Shown: positions 37,901 to 51,206 of the stretch, piece after piece
Layout: every line of letters starts with the position of its first letter
Numbering within the stretch: the first letter of the stretch is position 1
Source: Eledone cirrhosa
Lineage: Eukaryota
Reading direction: 5' to 3'
Length of the DNA stretch: 64,000 nt
NCBI GenBank assembly: GCA_964016885.1
Contig: OZ024741.1
Location: forward strand, 248,124,001 to 248,188,000
Translations under genes and position numbers: made by a program
Notes under the pieces: generated by a model
Seen by the model: only the letters and a program-made list of their open reading frames with translations
Database searches by the model: none
Told to the model about the DNA's origin: nothing

Positions 37901-40900
37901 ACGGCTGGAAAATATGTCTCCTTGGACGGCTGGAAATTATCTCCCCTTGGACGGCTGGAAATTATCTCCCTTGGACGGCTGGAAATTATCTCCCCTTGAT
38001 TTTTTTTAGAAATTATCTCCCCCTGATTTTTTTTTACAAATTATCTCCCCCTGATTTTTTTTACAAATTATCTCCGCCTGATTTTTTTTTAAAAATTATC
38101 TCCCCTTGGACGGCTGGAAATTATCTCCCCTTGGACGGCTAGAAATTACCTCTCCTTGGACGGCTGAAAATTATCTCCACTTGGACGGCTGGAAATTATC
38201 TCCCCTTGATTTTTTTACAAATTATCTCCCCCTGATTTTTTTTTACAAATTATCTACCCCTGATTTTTTTTTACAAATTATCTACCCCTGATTTTTTTTT
38301 ACAAATTATCTCCCCCTGATTTTTTTTACAAATTATCTCCCCCTGATTTTTTTTTTACAAATTATCTCCCCCTGATTTTTTTACAAATTATCTCCCCCTG
38401 ATTTTTTTTACAAATTATCTCCGCCTGATTTTTTTAAATATTATCTCTCCTTGGCTGGCGGGAAATTATCTCCCCTTGGACGGCTGGGAATTATCTCCAC
38501 TTGGAAGGATGGAAATTATCTCCCCTTGGACGGCTGGAAATTATCTACCCCTGATTTTTTTTACAAATTATCTCCCCCTGATTTTTTTTACAAATTATCT
38601 CCCCCTGATTTTTTTTTACAAATTATCTACCCCTGATTTTTTTTACAAATTATCTCCCCTGATTTTTTTTACAAATTATCTCCCCCTGATTTTTTTTTTA
38701 CAAATTATCTCCCCCTGATTTTATTACAAATTATCTCCCCCTGATTTTTTTTACAAATTATCTCCGCCTGATTTTTTAAAATATTATCTTCCCTTGGCTG
38801 GCGGGAAATTATCTCCCCTTGGACGGCTGAAAATTATCTCCCCTTGGACGGCTGGAAATTATCTCCCCTTGATTTTTTTTACAAATTATCTCCCCCTGAT
38901 TTTTTTTTACAAATTATCTCCCCCTGATTTTTTTTACAAATTATCTCCCCCTGATTTTTTTTTACAAATTATCTGCCGCTGATTTTTTTTACAAATTATC
39001 TCCCCCTGATTTTTTTACAAATTATCTCCCCTTGGCTGGCTGGAAATTACCTCCCCTTGGAGGCTGGAATTTATCTCCCCTTGGACGGCTAGAAATTACC
39101 TCTCCTTGGACGGCTGGAAAATATGTCTCCTTGGACGGCTGGATATTATCTCCCCTTGGACGGCTGGAAATTATCTCCCCTTGGACGGCTGGAAATTATC
39201 TCCCCTTGGACGGATAGATATTACCTCCCCTTGGACGGCTGGAAATTATCTCCCCTTGATTTTTTTTACAAATTATCTCCCCCTGATTTTTTTTACAAAT
39301 CTCCCAATGATTTTTTAAAAAAATTATCTCCCCTTCGCTGGCTGGAAATTATCTCCCCTTGGACGCTGGAAATTATAGCCCCTTGGAGGGCTGGAAATTA
39401 TCTTCCCTTGGACGGTTGGAAATTATCTCCCCTTGATTTTTTTTTACAAATTATCTCCCCCTGATTTTTTTTTACAAATTATCTCCCCCTGATTTTTTTT
39501 TACAAATTATCTCCCCCTGATTTTTTTTTTTACAAATTATCTCCGCCTGATTTTTTAAAAAAATTGTCTCCCCTTGGACGGCTGGAAATTATCTCCCCAT
39601 GGACGGCTGGAAATTATCTCCCCTTGGACGGCTAGAAATTATCTCTCCTTGGACGGCTGAAAATTATCTCCCCTTGGACGGCTGCAAATTATCTCCCCTT
39701 GATTTTTTTTATAAATTATCTCCCCCTGATTTTTTTTACAAATTATCTCCCCCTGATTTTTTTTACAAATTATCTACCCCTGATTTTTTTTACAAATTAT
39801 CTCCCCCTGATTTTTTTTTACAAATTATCTACCCCTGATTTTTTTTTACAAATTATCTCCCCCTGATTTTTTTTTTACAAATTATCTTCCCCTGATTTTT
39901 TTACAAATTATCCCCCCCTGATTTTTTTTACAATCTCCGCCTGATTTTTTTAAAAATTATCTTCCCTTGGCTGGCGGGAAATTATCTCCCCTTGGACGGC
40001 TGGAAATTATCTCCCCTTGGAAGGATGGAAATTATCTCCCCTTGGACGGCTGGAAATTATCTCCCCTTGCACGGCTGGAAATTATCTCCCCTTGGCTGGA
40101 AATTATCTCCCCTTGGACGGCTAGAAATTATCTCTCTTTGGACGGCTGGAAATTATCACCCCTTGAGTTTTTTTACAAATTATCTCCCCCTGATTTTTTT
40201 TACAAATCTCCCAGTGATTTTTTAAAAAAAATTATCTCCCCTTGGACGGCTGGAAATTATCTTCCCTTGGACGGCTGGAAATTATCTATCCTTGGACGGC
40301 TAGAATTTACCTCTCCTTGGACGGCTGGAAAATATGTCTCCTTGGACGGCTGGATATTATCTCCCCTTGGACGGCTGGAAATTATCTCCCCTTGGACGGC
40401 TTGAAATTATCTCCCCTTGGATGGCTAGATATTACCTCCCCTTGGACGGCTGGAAATTATCTCCCCTTGATTTATTTTACAAATTATCTCCCCCTGATTT
40501 TTTTTACAAATTATCTCCCCCTGATTTTTGTTTACAAATTATCTCCGCCTGATTTTTTTTTAAAAATTATCTCCCCTTGGACGGCTGGAAATTATCTCCC
40601 CTTGCACGGCTGGAAATTATATCTCCTTGGACGGCTAGAATTTACCTCTCCTTGGACGGCTGAAAATTATCTCCCCTTGGACGGCTGGAAATTAACTCCC
40701 CTTGATTTTTTTTACAAATTATCTCCCCCTGATTTTTTTTTACAAATTATCTCCCCCTGATTTTTTTTACAAATTATCTCCCCCTGATTTTTTTTTACAA
40801 ATTATCTCCCCCTGATTTTTTTACAAATTATCTCCCCTTGGCTGGCTGGAAATTAACTCCCCTTGGAGGCTGGAACTTATCTCCCCTTGGACGGCTAGAA

Positions 40901-43900
40901 ATTACCTCTCCTTGGACGGCTGGAAAATATGTCTCCTTGGACGGCTGGATATTATCTCCCCTTGGACGGCTGGAAATTATCTCCCCTTGGACGGCTGGAA
41001 ATTATCTCCCCTTGGATGGCTAGATATTACCTCCCCTTGGACGGCTGGAAATTATCTCCCTTTGATTTTTTTTACAAATTATCTCCCCCTGATTTTTTTT
41101 ACAAATTATCTCCCCCTGATTTTTGTTTACAAATTATCTCCGCCTGATTTTTTTTTAAAAATTATCTCCCCTTGGACGGCTGGAAATTATCTCCCCTTGG
41201 ACGGCTAGAAATTACCTCTCCTTGGACGGCTGAAAATTATCTCCCCTTGGACGGCTGGAAATTATCTCCCCTTGATTTTTTTACAAATTATCTCCCCCTG
41301 ATTTTTTTTTACAAATTATCTCCCCCTGATTTTTTTTTACAAATTATCTCCCCCTGATTTTTTTTACAAATTATCTCCGCCTGATTTTTTTAAATATTAT
41401 CTCTCCTTGGCTGGCGGGAAATTATCTCCCCTTGGACGGCTGGAAATTATCTCCCCTTGGAAGGATGGAAATTATCTCCCCTTGGACGGCTGGAAATTAT
41501 CTACCCCTGCTTTTTTTTACAAATTATCTCCCCCTGATTTTTTTTACAAATTATCTCCCCCTGATTTTTTTTACAAATTATCTACCCCTGATTTTTTTTA
41601 CAAATTATCTCCCCCTGATTTTTTTTACAAATTATCTCCCCCTGATTTTTTTTTTACAAATTATCTCCCCCTGATTTTTTTACAAATTATCTCCCCCTGA
41701 TTTTTTTTACAAATTATCTCCGCCTGATTTTTTTAAATATTATCTTCCTTTGGCTGGCGGGAAATTATCTCCCCTTGGACGGCTGAAAATTATCTCCCCT
41801 TGGACGGCTGGAAATTATCTCCCCTTGATTTTTTTTACAAATTATCTCCCCCTGATTTTTTTTTACAAATTATCTCCCCCTGATTTTTTTTACAAATTAT
41901 CTCCCCCTGATTTTTTTTTACAAATTATCTTCCCCTGATTTTTTTACAAATTATCTCCCCCTGATTTTTTTTACAAATTATCTCCGCCTGATTTTTTAAA
42001 ATATTATCTTCCCTTGGCTGGCGGGAAATTATCTCCCCTTGGACGGCTGGAAATTATCTGCCCTTGATTTTCTTTTTACAAATTATCGTCCACTGATTTT
42101 TTTTACAAATTATCTCCCCTTGGAAGGCTGGAAATTATAGCCCCTTGGAGGGCTGGAAATTATCTTCCCTTGGACGGCTGGAAATTATCTCCCCTTGATT
42201 TTTTTTACAAATTATCTCCCCCTGATTTTTTTTACAAATCTCCCAGTGATTTTTTTAAAAAAATTATCTCCCTTTCGCTGGCTGGAAATTATCTCCCCTT
42301 GGACGCTGGAAATTATAGCCCCTTGAAGGGCTGGAAATTATCTTCCCTTGGACGGCTGGAAATTATCTTCCCTTGATTTTTTTACATATTATCTCCCCCT
42401 GATTTTTTTTTTACAAATTATCTCCGCCTGATTTTTTTTTAAAAATTATCTCCCCTTGGACGGCTGGAAATTATCTCCCCTTGAACGGCTGGAAATTATC
42501 TCCCCTTGGACGGCTAGAAATTACCTCTCCTTGGACGGCTGAAAATTATCTCCCCCTGATTTTTTTTTACAAATTATCTCCACCTGATTTTTTAAAAAAT
42601 TATCTCCCCTTCGAAGGCTGGAAATTATCTCCCCTTGGCTGGAAATTATCTCCCCTTGGACGGCTAGAAATTATCTCTCTTTGGACGGCTGGAAATTATC
42701 ACCCCTTGAGTTTTTTTTACAAATTATCTCCCCCTGATTTTTTTTACAAATCTCCCAGTGATTTTTTAAAAAAAATTATCCCCCCTTCGCTGGCTGGAAA
42801 TTATCTCCCCTTGGACGCTGGAAATTATAGCCCCTTAGAGGGCTGGAAATTATCTTCCCTTGGACGGCTAGAAATTATCTCCCCTTGATTTTTTTTACAA
42901 ATTATCTCCCCCTGATTTTTTTTACAGATTATCTCCCCCTGATTTTTTTTTACAACTTATCTGCGCCTGATTTTTTTTAAAAAATTATCTCCCCTTGGAC
43001 GGCTGGAAATTATCTCCCCTTGGACGGCTGGAAATTATCTCTCCTTGGACGGCTAGAATTTACCTCTCCTTGGACGGCTGAAAATTATCTCCCCTTGGAC
43101 GGCTGGAAATTACCTCCCCTTGATTTTTTTTACAAATTATCTCCCCCTGATTTTTTTTTACAAATTATTTCCCCCTGATTTTTTTTTACAAATTATCTCC
43201 CCCTGATTTTTTTTTACAAATTATCTCCCCCTGATTTTTTTTACAAATTATCTCCCCCTGATTTTTTTACAAATTATCTACCCTTGGCTGGCTGGAAATT
43301 ATCTCCCCTTGGAGGCTGGAACTTATCTCCCCTTGGACGGCTAGAAATTACCTCTCCTTGGACGGCTGGAAAATATGTCTCCTTGGACGGCTGGAAATTA
43401 TCTCCCCTTGGACGGCTGGAAATTATCTCCCTTGGACGGCTGGAAATTATCTCCCCTTGGACGGCTGGAAATTATCTCCCCTTGGACGGCTAGAAATTAC
43501 CTCTCCTTGGACGGCTGAAAATTATCTCCACTTGGACGGCTGGAAATTATCTCCCCTTGATTTTTTTACAAATTATCTCCCCCTGATTTTTTTTTACAAA
43601 TTATCTCCCCCTGATTTTTTTTTACAAATTATCTACCCCTGATTTTTTTTTACAAATTATCTCCCCCTGATTTTTTTTACAAATTATCTCCCCCTGATTT
43701 TTTTTTTACAAATTATCTCCCCCTGATTTTTTTACAAATTATCTCCCCCTGATTTTTTTTACAAATTATCTCCGCCTGATTTTTTTAAATATTATCTCTC
43801 CTTGGCTGGCGGGAAATTATCTCCCCTTGGACGGCTGGAAATTATCTCCCCTTGGAAGGATGGAAATTATCTCCCCTTGGACGGCTGGAAATTATCTACC

Positions 43901-46900
43901 CCTGCTTTTTTTTACAAATTATCTCCCCCTGATTTTTTTTACAAATTATCTCCCCCTGATTTTTTTTACAAATTATCTACCCCTGATTTTTTTTACAAAT
44001 TATCTCCCCCTGATTTTTTTTACAAATTATCTCCCCCTGATTTTTTTTTTACAAATTATCTCCCCCTGATTTTTTTACAAATTATCTCCCCCTGATTTTT
44101 TTTACAAATTATCTCCGCCTGATTTTTTTAAATATTATCTTCCTTTGGCTGGCGGGAAATTATCTCCCCTTGGACGGCTGAAAATTATCTCCCCTTGGAC
44201 GGCTGGAAATTATCTCCCCTTGATTTTTTTTACAAATTATCTCCCCCTGATTTTTTTTTACAAATTATCTCCCCCTGATTTTTTTTACAAATTATCTCCC
44301 CCTGATTTTTTTTTACAAATTATCTTCCCCTGATTTTTTTACAAATTATCTCCCCCTGATTTTTTTTACAAATTATCTCCGCCTGATTTTTTAAAATATT
44401 ATCTTCCCTTGGCTGGCGGGAAATTATCTCCCCTTGGACGGCTGGAAATTATCTCCCCTTGATTTTTTTTACAAATTATCTCCCCCTGATTTTTTTTTAC
44501 AAATTATCTCCCCCTGATTTTTTTTTACAAATTATCTCCCCCTGATTTTTTTCTTACAAATTATCTCCCCCTGATTTTTTTACAAATTATCTACCCCTGA
44601 TTTTTTTTACAATCTCCGCCTGATTTTTTTATAAATTATCTTCCCTTGGCTGGCTGGAAATTATCTCCCCTTGGACACTGGAAATTATAGCCCCTTGGAG
44701 GGCTGGAAATTATCTTCCCTTGGACGGCTGGAAATTATCTACCCCTGATTTCTTTTACAAATTATCTCCCCCTGATTTTTTTTACAAATCTCCCCCTGAT
44801 TTTTTAAAAAAAATTATCTCCTCTTCGCTGGCTGGAAATTATCTCCCCTTGGACACTGGAAATTATCGCCCCTTGGAGGGCTGGAAATTATCTTCTCTTG
44901 GACGGCTGGAAATTATCTCCCCTTGATTTTTTTTACAAATTATCTCCGCCTGATTTTTTTTTAAATTATCTCTCCTTGGACGGCTGGAAATTATCTCCCC
45001 TTGATTTTTTTACAAATTATTTCCCCCTGATTTCTTTTTACAAATTATCTCCCACTGATTTTTTTTTACAAATTATCTACCCCTGATTTTTTTTTACAAA
45101 TTATCTCCCCCTGATTTTTTTTACAAATTATCTCACCCTGATTTTTCTTTTACAAATTATCTCCCCCTGATTTTTTTACAAATTATCTCCCCCTGATTTT
45201 TTTTACAAATTATCTCCGCCTGATTTTTTTAAATATTATCTTCCCTTGGCTGGCGGGAAATTATCTCCCCTTGGACGGCTGGAAATTATCTGCCCTTGAT
45301 TTTCTTTTTACAAAATATCTTCCACTGATTTTTTTTACAAATTATCTCCACCTGATTTTTTAAAAAATTATCTCCCCTTCGAAGGCTGGAAATTATCTCC
45401 CCTTGGCTGGAAATTATCTCCCCTTGGACGGCTAGAAATTATCTCTCTTTGGACGGCTGGAAATTATCACCCCTTGAGTTTTTTTTACAAATTATCTCCC
45501 CCTGATTTTTTTTACAAATCTCCCAGTGATTTTTTAAAAAAAATTATCCCCCCTTCGCTGGCTGGAAATTATCTCCCCTTGGACGCTGGAAATTATAGCC
45601 CCTTAGAGGGCTGGAAATTATCTTCCCTTGGACGGCTAGAAATTATCTCCCCTTGATTTTTTTTACAAATTATCTCCCCCTGATTTTTTTTACAAATTAT
45701 CTCCCCCTGATTTTTTTTTACAACTTATCTGCGCCTGATTTTTTTTTAAAAATTATCTCCCCTTGGACGGCTGGAAATTATCTCCCCTTGGACGGCTGGA
45801 AATTATCTCTCCTTGGACGGCTAGAATTTACCTCTCCTTGGACGGCTGAAAATTATCTCCCCTTGGACGGCTGGAAATTACCTCCCCTTGATTTTTTTTA
45901 CAAATTATCTCCCCCTGATTTTTTTTTACAAATTATTTCCCCCTGATTTTTTTTTACAAATTATCTCCCCCTGATTTTTTTTTACAAATTATCTCCCCCT
46001 GATTTTTTTTACAAATTATCTCCCCCTGATTTTTTTACAAATTATCTACCCTTGGCTGGCTGGAAATTATCTCCCCTTGGAGGCTGGAACTTATCTCCCC
46101 TTGGACGGCTAGAAATTACCTCTCCTTGGACGGCTGGAAAATATGTCTCCTTGGACGGCTGGAAATTATCTCCCCTTGGACGGCTGGAAATTATCTCCCT
46201 TGGACGGCTGGAAATTATCTCCCCTTGATTTTTTTTAGAAATTATCTCCCCCTGATTTTTTTTTACAAATTATCTCCCCCTGATTTTTTTTACAAATTAT
46301 CTCCGCCTGATTTTTTTTTAAAAATTATCTCCCCTTGGACGGCTGGAAATTATCTCCCCTTGGACGGCTAGAAATTACCTCTCCTTGGACGGCTGAAAAT
46401 TATCTCCACTTGGACGGCTGGAAATTATCTCCCCTTGATTTTTTTACAAATTATCTCCCCCTGATTTTTTTTTACAAATTATCTACCCCTGATTTTTTTT
46501 TACAAATTATCTACCCCTGATTTTTTTTTACAAATTATCTCCCCCTGATTTTTTTTACAAATTATCTCCCCCTGATTTTTTTTTTACAAATTATCTCCCC
46601 CTGATTTTTTTACAAATTATCTCCCCCTGATTTTTTTTACAAATTATCTCCGCCTGATTTTTTTAAATATTATCTCTCCTTGGCTGGCGGGAAATTATCT
46701 CCCCTTGGACGGCTGGGAATTATCTCCACTTGGAAGGATGGAAATTATCTCCCCTTGGACGGCTGGAAATTATCTACCCCTGATTTTTTTTACAAATTAT
46801 CTCCCCCTGATTTTTTTTACAAATTATCTCCCCCTGATTTTTTTTTACAAATTATCTACCCCTGATTTTTTTTACAAATTATCTCCCCTGATTTTTTTTA

Positions 46901-49900
46901 CAAATTATCTCCCCCTGATTTTTTTTTTACAAATTATCTCCCCCTGATTTTATTACAAATTATCTCCCCCTGATTTTTTTTACAAATTATCTCCGCCTGA
47001 TTTTTTAAAATATTATCTTCCCTTGGCTGGCGGGAAATTATCTCCCCTTGGACGGCTGAAAATTATCTCCCCTTGGACGGCTGGAAATTATCTCCCCTTG
47101 ATTTTTTTTACAAATTATCTCCCCCTGATTTTTTTTTACAAATTATCTCCCCCTGATTTTTTTTACAAATTATCTCCCCCTGATTTTTTTTTACAAATTA
47201 TCTGTCGCTGATTTTTTTTACAAATTATCTCCCCCTGATTTTTTTACAAATTATCTCCCCTTGGCTGGCTGGAAATTACCTCCCCTTGGAGGCTGGAATT
47301 TATCTCCCCTTGGACGGCTAGAAATTACCTCTCCTTGGACGGCTGGAAAATATGTCTCCTTGGACGGCTGGATATTATCTCCCCTTGGACGGCTGGAAAT
47401 TATCTCCCCTTGGACGGCTGGAAATTATCTCCCCTTGGACGGATAGATATTACCTCCCCTTGGACGGCTGGAAATTATCTCCCCTTGATTTTTTTTACAA
47501 ATTATCTCCCCCTGATTTTTTTTACAAATCTCCCAATGATTTTTTTAAAAAATTATCTCCCCTTCGCTGGCTGGAAATTATCTCCCCTTGGACGCTGGAA
47601 ATTATAGCCCCTTGGAGGGCTGGAAATTATCTTCCCTTGGACGGTTGGAAATTATCTCCCCTTGATTTTTTTTTACAAATTATCTCCCCCTGATTTTTTT
47701 TTACAAATTATCTCCCCCTGATTTTTTTTTACAAATTATCTCCCCCTGATTTTTTTTTTTACAAATTATCTCCGCCTGATTTTTTAAAAAAATTGTCTCC
47801 CCTTGGACGGCTGGAAATTATCTCCCCATGGACGGCTGGAAATTATCTCCCCTTGGACGGCTAGAAATTATCTCTCCTTGGACGGCTGAAAATTATCTCC
47901 CCTTGGACGGCTGCAAATTATCTCCCCTTGATTTTTTTTATAAATTATCTCCCCCTGATTTTTTTTACAAATTATCTCCCCCTGATTTTTTTTACAAATT
48001 ATCTACCCCTGATTTTTTTTACAAATTATCTCCCCCTGATTTTTTTTTACAAATTATCTACCCCTGATTTTTTTTTACAAATTATCTCCCCCTGATTTTT
48101 TTTTTACAAATTATCTTCCCCTGATTTTTTTACAAATTATCCCCCCCTGATTTTTTTTACAATCTCCGCCTGATTTTTTTAAAAATTATCTTCCCTTGGC
48201 TGGCGGGAAATTATCTCCCCTTGGACGGCTGGAAATTATCTCCCCTTGGAAGGATGGAAATTATCTCCCCTTGGACGGCTGGAAATTATCTCCCCTTGCA
48301 CGGCTGGAAATTATCTCCCCTTGGCTGGAAATTATCTCCCCTTGGACGGCTAGAAATTATCTCTCTTTGGACGGCTGGAAATTATCACCCCTTGAGTTTT
48401 TTTACAAATTATCTCCCCCTGATTTTTTTTACAAATCTCCCAGTGATTTTTTTAAAAAAATTATCTCCCCTTGGACGGCTGGAAATTATCTTCCCTTGGA
48501 CGGCTGGAAATTATCTATCCTTGGACGGCTAGAATTTACCTCTCCTTGGACGGCTGGAAAATATGTCTCCTTGGACGGCTGGATATTATCTCCCCTTGGA
48601 CGGCTGGAAATTATCTCCCCTTGATTTTTTTTACAAATTATCTCCCCCTGATTTTTTTTACAAATTATCTCCCCCTGATTTTTGTTTACAAATTATCTCC
48701 GCCTGATTTTTTTTTAAAAATTATCTCCCCTTGGACGGCTGGAAATTATCTCCCCTTGCACGGCTGGAAATTATATCTCCTTGGACGGCTAGAATTTACC
48801 TCTCCTTGGACGGCTGAAAATTATCTCCCCTTGGACGGCTGGAAATTAACTCCCCTTGATTTTTTTTACAAATTATCTCCCCCTGATTTTTTTTTACAAA
48901 TTATCTCCCCCTGATTTTTTTTACAAATTATCTCCCCCTGATTTTTTTTTACAAATTATCTCCCCCTGATTTTTTTACAAATTATCTCCCCTTGGCTGGC
49001 TGGAAATTATCTCCCCTTGGAGGCTGGAACTTATCTCCCCTTGGACGGCTAGAAATTACCTCTCCTTGGACGGCTGGAAAATATGTCTCCTTGGACGGCT
49101 GGATATTATCTCCCCTTAGACGGCTGGAAATTATCTCCCCTTGGACGGCTGGAAATTATCTCCCCTTGGATGGCTAGATATTACCTCCCCTTGGACGGCT
49201 GGAAATTATCTCCCTTTGATTTTTTTTACAAATTATCTCCCCCTGATTTTTTTTACAAATTATCTCCCCCTGATTTTTTTTTACAAATTATCTCCCCCTG
49301 ATTTTTGTTTACAAATTATCTCCGCCTGATTTTTTTTTAAAAATTATCTCCCCTTGGACGGCTGGAAATTATCTCCCCTTGGACGGCTAGAAATTACCTC
49401 TCCTTGGACGGCTGAAAATTATCTCCCCTTGGACGGCTGGAAATTATCTCCCCTTTGATTTTTTTACAAATTATCTCCCCCTGATTTTTTTTTACAAATT
49501 ATCTCCCCCTGATTTTTTTTTACAAATTATCTACCCCTGATTTTTTTTTACAAATTATCTCCCCCTGATTTTTTTTACAAATTATCTCCCCCTGATTTTT
49601 TTTTTACAAATTATCTCCCCCTGATTTTTTTACAAATTATCTCCCCCTGATTTTTTTTACAAATTATCTCCGCCTGATTTTTTTAAATATTATCTCTCCT
49701 TGGCTGGCGGGAAATTATCTCCCCTTGGACGGCTGGAAATTATCTCCCCTTGGAAGGATGGAAATTATCTCCCCTTGGACGGCTGGAAATTATCTACCCC
49801 TGCTTTTTTTTACAAATTATCTCCCCCTGATTTTTTTTACAAATTATCTAACCCTGATTTTTTTTACAAATTATCTACCCCTGATTTTTTTTACAAATTA

Positions 49901-50870
49901 TCTCCCCCTGATTTTTTTTACAAATTATCTCCCCCTGATTTTTTTTTTACAAATTATCTCCCCCTGATTTTTTTACAAATTATCTCCCCCTGATTTTTTT
50001 TACAAATTATCTCCGCCTGATTTTTTTAAATATTATCTTCCTTTGGCTGGCGGGAAATTATCTCCCCTTGGACGGCTGAAAATTATCTCCCCTTGGACGG
50101 CTGGAAATTATCTCCCCTTGATTTTTTTTACAAATTATCTCCCCCTGATTTTTTTTTACAAATTATCTCCCCCTGATTTTTTTTACAAATTATCTCCCCC
50201 TGATTTTTTTTTACAAATTATCTTCCCCTGATTTTTTTACAAATTATCTCCCCCTGATTTTTTTTACAAATTATCTCCGCCTGATTTTTTAAAATATTAT
50301 CTTCCCTTGGCTGGCGGGAAATTATCTCCCCTTGGACGGCTGGAAATTATCTGCCCTTGATTTTCTTTTTACAAATTATCGTCCACTGATTTTTTTTACA
50401 AATTATCTCCCCTTGGAAGGCTGGAAATTATAGCCCCTTGGAGGGCTGGAAATTATCTTCCCTTGGACGGCTGGAAATTATCTCCCCTTGATTTTTTTTA
50501 CAAATTATCTCCCCCTGATTTTTTTTACAAATCTCCCAGTGATTTTTTTAAAAAAATTATCTCCCTTTCGCTGGCTGGAAATTATCTCCCCTTGGACGCT
50601 GGAAATTATAGCCCCTTGAAGGGCTGGAAATTATCTTCCCTTGGACGGCTGGAAATTATCTTCCCTTGATTTTTTTTACATATTATCTCCCCCTGATTTT
50701 TTTTTTACAAATTATCTCCGCCTGATTTTTTTTTTAAAATTATCTCCCCTTGGACGGCTGGAAATTATCTCCCCTTGAACGGCTGGAAATTATCTCCCCT
50801 TGGACGGCTAGAAATTACCTCTCCTTGGACGGCTGAAAATTATCTCCCCCTGATTTTTTTTTACAAATTA
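33400..50870 (+). repeat. ~8.2-8.3-kb higher-order repeat, two full copies plus a partial third
   Basis: Offsets are 33967/42170 (8203), 35080/43284, 35598/43802, 36516/44720 and 37270/45474 (8204), 37897/46126 through 39967/48196 (8229), and 41407/49700 and 42170/50463 (8293). Confidence 0.92.
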
Positions 50871-50898
50871 TCTTCCCCTGATTTTTTTTTTACAAATT

Positions 50899-51206
50899 AT
50901 CTCCCCTTGGCTGGCTGGAAATTATCTCCCCTTGGAGGCTGGAATTTATCTCCCCTTGGACGGCTGGAAATTATCTCCCCTTGGACGGCTAGAAATTACC
51001 TCTCCTTGGACGGCTGGAAATTATCTCCCCTTGAACGGCTGGAAATTATCTCCCCTTGGACGGGTGGAAATTATCTACCCTTGGACGGCTGGAAATTATC
51101 TCCCCTTGGACGGCTAGAAATTACCTCTCCTTGGACGGCTGGAAATTATCTCCCCTTGGACGGCTGGAAATTATCTCCCCTTGGACGGCTGGAAATTATT
51201 TCCCCT
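50899..51206 (+). repeat. Example of a long pure type-A run (25-bp monomer AAATTATCTCCCCTTGGACGGCTGG)
   Basis: About 12 consecutive 24-25 bp monomers with no poly-T monomer. The run is repeated at about 60903-61211. Confidence 0.93.
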
